From Dehalococcoidia bacterium (lineage in GTDB: Bacteria > Chloroflexota > Dehalococcoidia > Lucifugimonadales > UBA3495), in contig CBDCQE010000001.1 of the NCBI GenBank assembly GCA_965220505.1, positions 1,411,692-1,475,691 on the forward strand: a stretch of DNA of 64,000 nucleotides, written 5' to 3'. Both the position numbers and the translations under genes were made by a program. The notes beneath the pieces were generated by a model, which searched no databases, was not told where the DNA came from, and saw nothing but the letters and a program-made list of their open reading frames with translations. Position 1 is the stretch's first letter. The number at the start of each line of letters is the position of its first letter. This document shows, in pieces, positions 19,505-28,942 of the stretch.

Positions 19505-20830
19505 TCACTTCTCGGCGGACAACGCATCCACCAGGAGGTCGATATCTTCCCGGGAGTTCATCTCGGTGACGCACAGCAGCATCCCGTTTTCGAAGCGGTC
19601 GCTGACATCGAGCCCGCCCAGTATGTTGCGTTCCATGAGCCGGCGGTTGATCTTTGCCGGGGCTTCGGGACAGGTGACGACAAACTCCTGGAAGAACTCG
19701 CCGGACTGGGGCAGAGAGTACCCATCCAGATCGCTGATGGCCGAGGCCGCGTAGTGAGATTTGTGATAGCAAAGCTCTGCCGCCTGGCGCAGCCCCTGCC
19801 GGCCCATCGCCGCCAGGTAAATGGTAGATGCCAGGGCATAAAGCGCCTCGTTGGTGCAGATGTTGGATGTGGCCCGCTCGCGCCTGATGTGCTGCTCCCG
19901 TGTCTGTAGTGTCAGGACGTAGCCGGTGCGACCCTGGGTATCGGTGGTACGACCCACGAGGCGGCTGGGCATCTGGCGGATGTACTGCTGCTTGCAACTG
20001 AACAGGCCCAGGTACGGGCCGCCGAAGGACGGTGGAATGCCGATGGGCTGGCCCTCGCCGGTAACGATGTCCGCGCCGAATGCACCCGGAGGCTTGAGCA
20101 TCCCCATGGCCAGGGGATCGGCGGACACCACCAGCAGGGCGCCGTCGTCGTGGGCGGTCGCGGCCAGGGCGGCAAGGTCATCCAGGCCGCCGTAGAAGTT
20201 GGGGTATTGCGCCACCACTCCGGCGGTTGCTTCGGTCACGCTGGCGCCGATGTCCGCGGTCGGCACGATGTCGATGGCAATCCCCTGGGCCTGGCAGTAG
20301 GTCGCGATGACCTGGCGATAGGCGGGAGCCACGGTGTCGCTGACAACCACCTGCTGCCGACGGGTGACCCGACAGGCCATGAGCACCGCCTCCGCAAGGC
20401 TGGTGGCGCCGTCGTACATGCCGGCGTTAGCGACTTCCATCCCGAACAGTGCGCTGATCATCGTCTGGAATTCGAAGATGACCTGAAGGGTTCCCTGGGA
20501 CACTTCAGGCTGGTAGGGCGTGTAGGCGGTCAGAAATTCGCCTCGGGTCATGACCGCTTTCACGATGGAGGGGATGAAGTGATAGTAACTGCCGGCCCCC
20601 AGAAAGGACGGACCACTGGACAAGGGCCGGTTGCGGGCGGCCATCGCGCCAAGTTCACGCTGGATCTCCAACTCCGACATGGGGTCGGGGAGGCGGAGCG
20701 GAGGGTTACGGTAATCGTCCGGGATATCGGTGAACAGGTCGTCGACGCTGCTCAGGCCAACTGCGGCCAGCAACTCGTCCTGTTCGGCAATGGTGTTCGG
20801 GATGTAGTGCGATTGAAAATTCGTGACCAT
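19505..20830 (-). CDS. gcvPA: Glycine dehydrogenase (decarboxylating) subunit 1
   Basis: FLGAGSYYH, FLTAYTPYQPEVSQG, NAGMYDGA, TREQHIRRERATSNICTN. Confidence 0.95.
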   Translation of the reverse strand: MVTNFQSHYIPNTIAEQDELLAAVGLSSVDDLFTDIPDDYRNPPLRLPDPMSELEIQRELGAMAARNRPLSSGPSFLGAGSYYHFIPSIVKAVMTRGEFLTAYTPYQPEVSQGTLQVIFEFQTMISALFGMEVANAGMYDGATSLAEAVLMACRVTRRQQVVVSDTVAPAYRQVIATYCQAQGIAIDIVPTADIGASVTEATAGVVAQYPNFYGGLDDLAALAATAHDDGALLVVSADPLAMGMLKPPGAFGADIVTGEGQPIGIPPSFGGPYLGLFSCKQQYIRQMPSRLVGRTTDTQGRTGYVLTLQTREQHIRRERATSNICTNEALYALASTIYLAAMGRQGLRQAAELCYHKSHYAASAISDLDGYSLPQSGEFFQEFVVTCPEAPAKINRRLMERNILGGLDVSDRFENGMLLCVTEMNSREDIDLLVDALSAEK

Positions 20831-20948
20831 TCGGGATTGCTCCGTTTGGCTGATGATGGTTCAGGACGGCAAATTACGCGGTTCGCGTGGAAAATTCTGG
20901 ATGGTCTGCCACAGTCGTTGGAGGCGCTGACCGGTGGCACGCAGCGGA

Positions 20949-22136
20949 TCAGGCCAATACCCGATAACGATAGCTCGATTCCATGAGGTCGCCTTCGGCG
21001 AAGCGGCTGAAGCGCAGGGGGGAGAGGTCCACATCGCGGGCCTTGCCCTCGGCAACCAGCTCGGCGACCGCCTTCCCGATGGCCGGCGACAGCTTGAACC
21101 CGTGCCCGCTGAACCCGACGGCACAGAACAGGCCCTCGACACCGGGTACGCGGTCCAAAATGGGATGCCAATCCGGCGTGGTGGTGAACAGGCCGGACCA
21201 TCCGCCGCGGTAGTAGGAGTCGGACATACCGGGAATGCGGCGGGCCAGTTTCGTTCGCGCCGAAGCGGCCGACTGCAAATCGATGCCTTGGGGATACGCG
21301 TCAGGGTCCGGCTGCTCTTCGTCATCGCCGAACCCCATGGTGGTGAAGTTGGCGCCGTCCGGCCGGAAGGAGAATGACTGGCTTATATCGCCCACGGTGG
21401 GATGCCTAGGAACGATCTCAACAGGCCGCGCTACGGTCGCGACCTGATGACGGACGGGCAGCAAAGGCACGTCCACCCCCGCGCCGGCCAATACCTGCTT
21501 GGCCCATGGGCCGGCCGCAACGACCACTGTATCGGTGGCGATGCGTTCTCCGGCCGCCGTGACGACGGCTTGCACCCGCCCGTCGGCGGTTTCGATTCCG
21601 GACGCGGGATTGCGGGAGGCGATTACGGCGCCGGCTTCCCGGGAACGGGCGGCGTAGGAAACGGTGACCTGGTAAGGATCGGCGTAGCCGGATTCGGGCT
21701 CCCAGGCCGCTCGCTCGTCGTCGTAGAGAGTCACCATGGGGGCCAGGCCGGCCAAGTCATCCCGGGACACCACTGACGTCGGCACCCCCAGCTCCTGGTG
21801 CATTGCGACGTTGCGCTCCAGGCCGCCCTGGTCGTGCTCATTGACGACCACCAAATAACCGGTCCGGACGAAACCGGAATGTCCACCCACATGCTCGTCG
21901 AAGTCGGCGAAAACTTGCAGACTCTGCCACGCCAGTTGCGTAGTGACCCGGTTCGAGTAATGCATGCGGCAGATGGCCTGGGAACGGCCGGTGCTGCCGG
22001 AACCGAGCACGTCGCGCTCCAGCAAAACGGTATTCGGGATCCCCAGTTGCGCCAGGTGATACTGGATGGAGCAACCGATGACGCCGCCGCCAATGATTAC
22101 CGCGTCGGCCACGTTGGGGAGAGTGTTACTGGTCAA
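20949..22136 (-). CDS. FAD-dependent oxidoreductase (sarcosine oxidase beta / DadA-like)
   Basis: VIIGGGVIG, GSGSTGRS, VVVAAGPW, TPDWHPILD, GFSGHGFKLSPAIG. Confidence 0.85.
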   Translation of the reverse strand: MTSNTLPNVADAVIIGGGVIGCSIQYHLAQLGIPNTVLLERDVLGSGSTGRSQAICRMHYSNRVTTQLAWQSLQVFADFDEHVGGHSGFVRTGYLVVVNEHDQGGLERNVAMHQELGVPTSVVSRDDLAGLAPMVTLYDDERAAWEPESGYADPYQVTVSYAARSREAGAVIASRNPASGIETADGRVQAVVTAAGERIATDTVVVAAGPWAKQVLAGAGVDVPLLPVRHQVATVARPVEIVPRHPTVGDISQSFSFRPDGANFTTMGFGDDEEQPDPDAYPQGIDLQSAASARTKLARRIPGMSDSYYRGGWSGLFTTTPDWHPILDRVPGVEGLFCAVGFSGHGFKLSPAIGKAVAELVAEGKARDVDLSPLRFSRFAEGDLMESSYRYRVLA

Positions 22137-22548
22137 TGCCCTTCCACGACATGACGCGGCTCACGTCGATCTCGATGGCAACCAGCTTCTGGTCGCCCTC
22201 GGCCAGGTCGGCGGCGTCCTGCTCGCCTCGTTCCTCGCCTTCGTACCGGGAGAAAATCCGGCGAACCGCGTCCTTGAGGTTATCGCTGCGAACTGTGGCG
22301 TCGCCCTCGAGAATGACGTATTGATACGGCCATTCGTCGGTGGCAACCGATAGGGCCACCTTGGGGTTGCGCCGCACGTTCCTTGTCTTCACGGCCGCAT
22401 CGCCGGAGACCACGGTGATCTTGCCATCTTCCCACTGGTACCAAACCGGCGAAACATGTGGAGAACCGTCCTCGCGGATGGACGCGAAGTGGGCAACGTG
22501 CGGGCCCGCGAGGTAGGCGTCGATCTCTTGTGGCGTCAGTCGCGGCAT
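22126..22548 (-). CDS. Pyridoxamine 5'-phosphate oxidase-like (PPOX, probably F420-dependent) protein
   Basis: REDGSPHVSPVWY, KTRNVRRNPKVAL. Confidence 0.8.
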   Translation of the reverse strand: MPRLTPQEIDAYLAGPHVAHFASIREDGSPHVSPVWYQWEDGKITVVSGDAAVKTRNVRRNPKVALSVATDEWPYQYVILEGDATVRSDNLKDAVRRIFSRYEGEERGEQDAADLAEGDQKLVAIEIDVSRVMSWKGIDQ

Positions 22549-22758
22549 CGGTACCTCTGATTACGGCCGGCGACCCTACACGGTTCAATGCGTGCGCGGT
22601 CCGGGATGCGAATATCATACCATAATCACCTTTTTGCCTATGGGGCGGATCAGTAATCGAGCGTCCCGCCGAGGCGCGCGAATCCTGTTGCGGCAGGCAC
22701 GATTTCTGCATCGGGGTCCGGGGCATGCGGCGTCCAAGTAACCCGCGCTGCCGCCCTG

Positions 22759-22767
22759 TGGTACAAT
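22759..22767 (+). promoter_or_regulatory. Extended -10 promoter of the MFS gene
   Basis: TG-g-TACAAT ~70 nt upstream of ATG 22840. Confidence 0.5.
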
Positions 22768-22839
22768 CCGGCCGCATAGCGGGGCGCGGGTGTTTCACCG
22801 CGCCCCGGAATTACGTTCGTTGAACGCACGACCCGGACA

Positions 22840-24318
22840 ATGGCATCCAATATTCCATCCGACCCATCCGAGACCGATGCGTCTCAAACCGGTCAGAGGC
22901 CACGGTTAATGCGCCGGCCCAGGATCTTCTACGGGTGGTGGATCGTCATCGTCAGCCTCGTTGCCGACGGGATGAAGCACGGCAGTTTCAACCGCGGTTT
23001 CACCGTTTTGTACGTGCCGGTCGAAAGCGAGATCATCTTCCCGAAGAGCGTCCTGGGCTTCAGCCCGCAGTCCCGGACCATGCTGGGACTGGCGGAGGGA
23101 CTAGGCAGGTTCATGGGCGGTGTTCAGGGCCCGTTGATGGGATATTGCACCGACCGGTTTGGTCCGCGCGTGATGCTGGCGTTCGGTGGGTTGATGTCCG
23201 GCCTTGGGTTCATTCTGCTGGCGCGCACCACCAATTTCTGGTGGTTCCTGCTCGTGTTCGTGGTGTTCCTCTCCGTGGGTTTCCGGTCGGGCTACAACAA
23301 CGCGTCGATAGCGGCCGTGAACAACTGGTTCCGTCGCCGGCGGGGCTTGGCCATGTCGGTGGTCAGCATGGGCAACGGTCTCGGTGGCGCGTCCGCCTAT
23401 CTGGTTGGCCTGCTGGTTTTCCTGGTGGGATGGCGGGATGCCTGCACCATCCTCGGGGTCGCAATCCTGGCGGTGGTCATACCATTGTCGTATTTCCTGC
23501 GTCGTTCCCCCGAGGACATGGGTCAGTTGCCCGACGGGGACCCGCCGGAACTCGCCGAGACGAACGCATCGGAGCGCAGTGCGGTGGCGCGCCGCCGCTC
23601 CACGAACGTGGGGGATACCGATTTCACCGCCCGCGAAGCGATGCGAACACCCTCGTACTGGCTGCTGGTCATGTCGACCGGTTTCCGCAACATCGTCCAC
23701 GCCGGGGCCTCGTTTCTGATGGCCCCGCTGATCATTTGGTTCATGGAGGCCGGAGTGCCGGTCGACCCAGCCTCGGAACAGGGCCAGAGACACATCATCG
23801 TGGCCGCCGCTTTTGTGAGCGCCTTCTCCCTGGCGAATATGGTGTTCAACCCGTGCATGGGCTGGATTGGGGACAAGGTGGACCGGCGCAAACTCAGCGC
23901 ACTATGCATGCTCGCCGGCGCGGCAGCGCTGGGATCACTGCTCACCCAGAGCGGACACCTCTGGCAGGTCGTCGTGTTTGTCCTGTTGCTGGCCTTTGCG
24001 GAGAGCGCAAACCCACTGAACTGGGCCATCATGGGCGACTTCTTCGGCCGCAGGGCCTACGCTACCCTGCGGGGATGGCAACACCTGCCCGACCAGTTGG
24101 CCTCAATGTGGACCGCCATGTGGATGGGCGCCATATACGACTACACCAACAGTTTCTATTGGGCGCTGTTCCCGCTGGTCTTATTGTACATCGCTGCAGC
24201 CATCGGCTACTGGTTTCTGCCGCGACCTCCGCTGCCGAGGCGGCTGCAATTGCAGCAGGAACGCAGCACCGGCAGCCGCAGCCGAGCGATTCGCACCGCG
24301 CCGGAGCCGGCTGGCTAG
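22840..24318 (+). CDS. MFS transporter
   Basis: IFYGWWIV, GYCTDRFGPR motif A, WFRRRRGLA, DFFGRRAY; ~12 hydrophobic segments. Confidence 0.88.
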   Translation: MASNIPSDPSETDASQTGQRPRLMRRPRIFYGWWIVIVSLVADGMKHGSFNRGFTVLYVPVESEIIFPKSVLGFSPQSRTMLGLAEGLGRFMGGVQGPLMGYCTDRFGPRVMLAFGGLMSGLGFILLARTTNFWWFLLVFVVFLSVGFRSGYNNASIAAVNNWFRRRRGLAMSVVSMGNGLGGASAYLVGLLVFLVGWRDACTILGVAILAVVIPLSYFLRRSPEDMGQLPDGDPPELAETNASERSAVARRRSTNVGDTDFTAREAMRTPSYWLLVMSTGFRNIVHAGASFLMAPLIIWFMEAGVPVDPASEQGQRHIIVAAAFVSAFSLANMVFNPCMGWIGDKVDRRKLSALCMLAGAAALGSLLTQSGHLWQVVVFVLLLAFAESANPLNWAIMGDFFGRRAYATLRGWQHLPDQLASMWTAMWMGAIYDYTNSFYWALFPLVLLYIAAAIGYWFLPRPPLPRRLQLQQERSTGSRSRAIRTAPEPAG

Positions 24319-24440
24319 CCCGTTCAGAAATCAGGGGCGACCTGTAATCGCCAAAAGCCGGAGAAATCGCTCGACGATATGCGACAGGGTAAGCGTGGTA
24401 CGACCTGGCAATTTGCCTCGCCTTTACCTTCGAGGTAACC

Positions 24441-25760
24441 ATGGGCAAGCGTGAAACGCCGACAGGGAGATTAGCCCGTCTTCTGGATGGCGACCTGTCA
24501 TTTCAGACGCCATCTCGGCTCGCCCATCCGTTGTACGCGCTTCACCCGTTTGCGGCACGGTTTCCGTACGGCTTGCCCGGGTATTTCATCGACGCCCTGA
24601 CGGAGCCCGGCGGCACAGTACTGGACCCCATGTGCGGGTCGGGTATCACGCTCCTGGAAGGGTGGGCGGCCGGCCGGGCGGTTATCGGTGTGGACCTGGA
24701 CCCGCTGGCGCGACGGCAAGCGAAAGCCCGCACCACGGCTCTCGGTAACGCGGAGGTCTTGGAGGCTGGTCAGGCGGCACTCCGCCGGACGGCGGACCTC
24801 ATGGCTGGGCTAGGCCCACAACGTGACCCGTTGGAGGCCGTAAGGGCAGACATGGATTCCCCAACGCGGGAATTCCTGGACTATTGGTTCTTCCCGGAAA
24901 CGCAACATGAGCTAGCGTGCCTTACCCTCGCAATCCGGGAAGAGTCCGATGCGGACCTGCGCAACCTGCTGGAAGTGATCTTTTCTTCCACGATTGTCAC
25001 CAAGTCGGGTGGTGTGTCCCGGGCCCGGGACTTGGCCCACACTCGCCCGCATCGCGTGTCCGGCAAGGCGCCCCGCCGGCCGATCCCCCTGTTCGCGAAC
25101 CTGGTCGAACGCGCTGCTGGTGCCTACGGGAGCATAAACCGGGACGCGGTCGGCGAGTGTCGGATCATGGACGGAGATGCGCGTTCGCTGCCGTTGCCGG
25201 ATTGCAGCGTGGACCTGATCGTGACGTCGCCTCCTTACGCCAACGCGCTCGATTACATGCGTGCGCACAAGTTCTCCCTGGCGTGGCTGGGCGACCCCAT
25301 CCCGTCCCTGACCAAGTTACGGCGCGAGTACATCGGCTCGGAGGCTTCTGGCAACCAGGCGGCGACGTCGGTTGACTCGCTGCCGGCAAAGGTCGAAGCC
25401 GTGGTCGAGCGCGTCGGCGAGGCGGATGCCACGAAATCCCGCGTCCTGCGGCGGTACTTTGCTGATATGTCGGCGTCGATCTCCGAGATGCAGAGAGTGC
25501 TCCGGCCCGGGTCGGCGGCGGTGATCGTGGTGGGTCCTTCCACCATGCGCGGGATATTGGTGCCTACCCACGAATGCCTGGCGAATTTAGCCACGCAAGC
25601 GGGATTGGACGTAGTGGCGGTCGCTCCGCGAAACCTGGACCGCGACCGGCGGATGATGCCGGCGCGGAATGCTAGACGTACCGGCAGCGGCAACATTGAC
25701 ACGACGGGCATCGAGCGGCGGATGCACACCGAGTACGTCATCGGCGCGTTGATGCCCTGA
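24441..25760 (+). CDS. Orphan amino-DNA methyltransferase (likely N4-C; motif I before motif IV)
   Basis: VLDPMCGSG SAM-binding motif then IVTSPPY catalytic motif; no restriction endonuclease adjacent. Confidence 0.8.
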   Translation: MGKRETPTGRLARLLDGDLSFQTPSRLAHPLYALHPFAARFPYGLPGYFIDALTEPGGTVLDPMCGSGITLLEGWAAGRAVIGVDLDPLARRQAKARTTALGNAEVLEAGQAALRRTADLMAGLGPQRDPLEAVRADMDSPTREFLDYWFFPETQHELACLTLAIREESDADLRNLLEVIFSSTIVTKSGGVSRARDLAHTRPHRVSGKAPRRPIPLFANLVERAAGAYGSINRDAVGECRIMDGDARSLPLPDCSVDLIVTSPPYANALDYMRAHKFSLAWLGDPIPSLTKLRREYIGSEASGNQAATSVDSLPAKVEAVVERVGEADATKSRVLRRYFADMSASISEMQRVLRPGSAAVIVVGPSTMRGILVPTHECLANLATQAGLDVVAVAPRNLDRDRRMMPARNARRTGSGNIDTTGIERRMHTEYVIGALMP

Positions 25761-26112
25761 CGGCACGGGCAGAGTCGGTCAAATGGTCGGTGCAGAGCAC
25801 CCAGTCGGTGCCCGGTAATCTAGTCTCAAACTGCAACCCGGTTTCGCCCGGCACAGCTTTCTACCAGATGTTGTTATCGGCGGTCGGATGGGATGGATCG
25901 CCGCCGCCATACCGCGCCCCCGGCTGAATCAAAACGAATATTCCAATGCCGCCGTCACCGGCCGGGCGCACGATTGGAATCCATCATACTTTTTGTTGTG
26001 CGGCCAATAGCGTTGATTTTTTCAATTGCGGGCAAAACATTACATCTACATATCCGTCTAGCGGGGCTGCCGGCGGCCCCATTACCATTGTCTGCCACAC
26101 GATCATGGTCAC

Positions 26113-27570
26113 TTGGAATCAGGAACGCAGACGATGCAAGATCAACCCGACCCCGTATCAGCGTGGCAAGCAGCCCTCGGCCGCCTACAGCTGGAAATTC
26201 CCCAGGAGCAATTCAACACTTTCCTCCGGCCCTGCTCCGGCCTCCGATGGGAAGATGATTGCCTGGTGGTCAGCGCAGCAACCGCGTTCGCGGTGTCGTG
26301 GTTGGAATTGCCGTTGCACCTGGAAATGGTTCGGGAGGCAGTAGCCAAAACGACGGGCGCACAATCAAGCGTCCGTTACCTGGCGACCCCGGCGGGTGAC
26401 TACAACCCGGCGCCGCAACGCGAAGTTTCGGTGTATTCGGTAGTCGCGGAGCCGGCGACGCGGCTTCCCAACCGGATGGATCCAGAGGGCGACCCATCGC
26501 AACGCGAAGCTGCGGATACATGGCAGGTCCGCCAATCCAACCAAGCGGTTGGGATCAACCCGCGGTATACCTTCGACAATTTCGTGGTCGGCGAAAGCAA
26601 CCAGTTGGCCTACCACGCCGCGCGAGCCGTCAACGCGGATGGGCAAGATGCTGTCCCCGGTTACAATCCGTTGTTGCTGTACGCCGGCTCCGGGATGGGC
26701 AAGACCCACCTGCTGCACGCTATCGGCAACGCGGCCCGTCAGAAGAGTGTTTCGGTCCGCTACGTTACGTCCGAACAGTTCACCAACGAGTTCGTGTCCG
26801 CGATCCACCGCCGCGCGATGCCCGAATTTCGCGAACACTACCGGGGCGTCGACCTGCTGCTGCTGGACGACGTGCAGTTCCTAGTGGGAAAAGAACAAAC
26901 ACAGGAAGCGCTGTTTCACACCTTCAACGACCTGCACCAGGCGGGGTCGCAGATCGTTCTGACCAGCGACCGCCCGCCCGAGACCATCTCGCCGTTGGAA
27001 GACCGGTTGCGCTCGCGTTTCCAATGGGGATTAGTGGCCGATATCCGTCCTCCCTCTCTGGAAACGCGGCTGGCGATGCTCCATTCCTGGGCTTCGGACA
27101 ACGGATCAGAGGTGCCGCCTCCGGTGCTGGACCTCATCGCGCAACGCGTCAGCCGAAACGTGCGCCAACTCCTGGGCGCGTTCAATCGCGTTGTGGCAAC
27201 GTCACAGCTCTTGGGCGCTCCGCTGACCGCAGAAAGCGTAGCCGTACAACTGGACGCCATCTTGGGGCCGGATGCCCGCGCGGAAGTAACGCCACAGGAG
27301 GTGCTGGGCAAGGTGGCGCATCACTACGGGCTTGCGGCGGAGCAGATTTTGGGCCGCAATCGCACGGCTGCCGTGGCGTTGGCCCGGCAGGTGACGATGT
27401 ACCTGTTAGTATCGGAACTCAGCATGACACCGACCGGCGCCGGGCGTTTCCTGGCGGGCCGCAACCACAGCACGGTAATCCACGGGGTTGCCCGGGTGCG
27501 CCAGGCCATGGAAACCGATAGCCGGCTGAAGCATGCGGTCCTCGCAATCACTGAAACACTGACCGACTGA
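26113..27570 (+). CDS. dnaA: Chromosomal replication initiator DnaA (alternative start ATG 26134)
   Basis: YTFDNFVVG.SN, YNPLLLYAGSGMGKTHLLHAIGN, LLLLDDVQFL, RLRSRFQWG, RNHSTVIH. Confidence 0.93.
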   Translation: MESGTQTMQDQPDPVSAWQAALGRLQLEIPQEQFNTFLRPCSGLRWEDDCLVVSAATAFAVSWLELPLHLEMVREAVAKTTGAQSSVRYLATPAGDYNPAPQREVSVYSVVAEPATRLPNRMDPEGDPSQREAADTWQVRQSNQAVGINPRYTFDNFVVGESNQLAYHAARAVNADGQDAVPGYNPLLLYAGSGMGKTHLLHAIGNAARQKSVSVRYVTSEQFTNEFVSAIHRRAMPEFREHYRGVDLLLLDDVQFLVGKEQTQEALFHTFNDLHQAGSQIVLTSDRPPETISPLEDRLRSRFQWGLVADIRPPSLETRLAMLHSWASDNGSEVPPPVLDLIAQRVSRNVRQLLGAFNRVVATSQLLGAPLTAESVAVQLDAILGPDARAEVTPQEVLGKVAHHYGLAAEQILGRNRTAAVALARQVTMYLLVSELSMTPTGAGRFLAGRNHSTVIHGVARVRQAMETDSRLKHAVLAITETLTD

Positions 27571-27605
27571 ACACTTCACTCCACAAGCGGGTCCAGGAGG
27601 CACAC

Positions 27606-28640
27606 ATGACGACAGGCAGCAGCCAGACCATCCGAACCGTCGTTGGCACCGGCGAAGCCGGCTACAGCGGCGATGGCGGGCCGGCCGCGTCCGCCACCCT
27701 TCGCGAGCCGTTCATGTGCACGTTCGACCACGCGGGCAACATGTTTTTCTGCGAGGCGAAAAACCACGTCGTCCGGCGGATTGACGCATCCTCCGGCCAC
27801 GTGACCACCGTGGCCGGCACGGGCGAGGTCGGCTACACGGGAGACGGTGGGCCAGCGACGGCGGCCACCATGAATGAGCCCTATTCGCTGGAAGTTGACA
27901 GCGACGGAAACGTATACATCGTCGACCGCCTCAACGCCGCAGTGCGCCGGGTCGACGGCGTCACCGGAGTCATTACTACGGTGGCGGGCACCGGCGAGCC
28001 GGGATATTCAGGCGATGGCGGTCCCGGCGAAGCAGCGCAACTGCGGGAGCCCAACGACTGCTTCCTGGACGGACGGGGCGGACTGCTCATCGCCGACATC
28101 CAGGACCAGCGTATCCGTCGCCTGGACCTGGCGACAGGCATCATCGATACCTTCGCCGGCAACGGCGAAAAAACGCGCGGGGGCGACGGTATGCCGGCGC
28201 GACAGGCAAGCTTCCTGGGGTCGAGGGCGGTATGCATGGACCAGCACGGCAACACGTACATCGCAGAGCGAGAGGGCAACGGCGTCCGCGTGGTCACCGC
28301 GGGCGGGATCATGGGAACCGTTGCCGGCGCATCCGCCGAACGCGGCTACGCCGGCGATGGCGGGTCCGCGCTGGCCGCCACCTGGGGAGCGCCCAAGGCC
28401 CTGCGCTGCGACGCCGCGGGCAATGTCATCGTGGTCGACACGGAGAACCACGCTATCCGAAAGATCGACGTCACCAACGGAGTGGTGACCACCATCGCCG
28501 GCGGGCAATTGGGCGGGCATGGAGATGGCGGCCCGGCCACCGACGCCGGACTGGACCGCCCGCACGGGTGCGGCATTGCGGCCGACGGACAGATCTACAT
28601 CGCGGATAGCAACAACCATCGGATACGGGCGGTCGGTTAG
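27606..28640 (+). CDS. NHL-repeat beta-propeller protein
   Basis: Six repeats of T(V/I)AG.G..GY.GDGGPA..A.L..P...D..G.(I/L)YIAD..N..(I/V)R. Confidence 0.88.
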   Translation: MTTGSSQTIRTVVGTGEAGYSGDGGPAASATLREPFMCTFDHAGNMFFCEAKNHVVRRIDASSGHVTTVAGTGEVGYTGDGGPATAATMNEPYSLEVDSDGNVYIVDRLNAAVRRVDGVTGVITTVAGTGEPGYSGDGGPGEAAQLREPNDCFLDGRGGLLIADIQDQRIRRLDLATGIIDTFAGNGEKTRGGDGMPARQASFLGSRAVCMDQHGNTYIAEREGNGVRVVTAGGIMGTVAGASAERGYAGDGGSALAATWGAPKALRCDAAGNVIVVDTENHAIRKIDVTNGVVTTIAGGQLGGHGDGGPATDAGLDRPHGCGIAADGQIYIADSNNHRIRAVG

Positions 28641-28674
28641 GAGGTCCAAGCGGCAGTCAAATCCTCTTGGTTCC

Positions 28675-28704
28675 TTGACACTACCGGCACCCGTTGGCTA
28701 CGAT
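28675..28704 (+). promoter_or_regulatory. Sigma70-type promoter of the tRNA pair
   Basis: TTGACA-N18-TACGAT. Confidence 0.65.
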
Positions 28705-28750
28705 TGATTCATCGTCGGCAACGAGATTGTCGTCGGCCGATGGCAGAAGT

Positions 28751-28826
28751 GGGGATATAGCTCAACTGGGAGAGCGCGGCGTTCGCAATGCCGAGGTTGC
28801 GGGTTCGAGCCCCGCTATCTCCACCA
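28751..28826 (+). tRNA. tRNA-Ala(CGC)
   Basis: Full cloverleaf, G3:U70, anticodon loop TTCGCAA, encoded CCA. Confidence 0.95.
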
Positions 28827-28836
28827 CTTCGTTTCT

Positions 28837-28910
28837 GCCCCTGTAGCTCAGTTGGATAGAGCGGCGGCGTCCTAAGTCGCGCGTCGGGGGTTCGAGTCCC
28901 TCCAGGGGTA
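28837..28910 (+). tRNA. tRNA-Arg(CCT)
   Basis: Cloverleaf GCCCCTG/CAGGGGT, anticodon loop GTCCTAA, T-loop TTCGAGT; CCA not encoded. Confidence 0.9.
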
Positions 28911-28942
28911 CTTTTTCTTGCCTATTTTCCTGCTCAAAAACC

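Noticed and set aside
25760-26112. oriC upstream of dnaA
   Set aside because: An AT-richer patch exists but no DnaA-box cluster is recognisable
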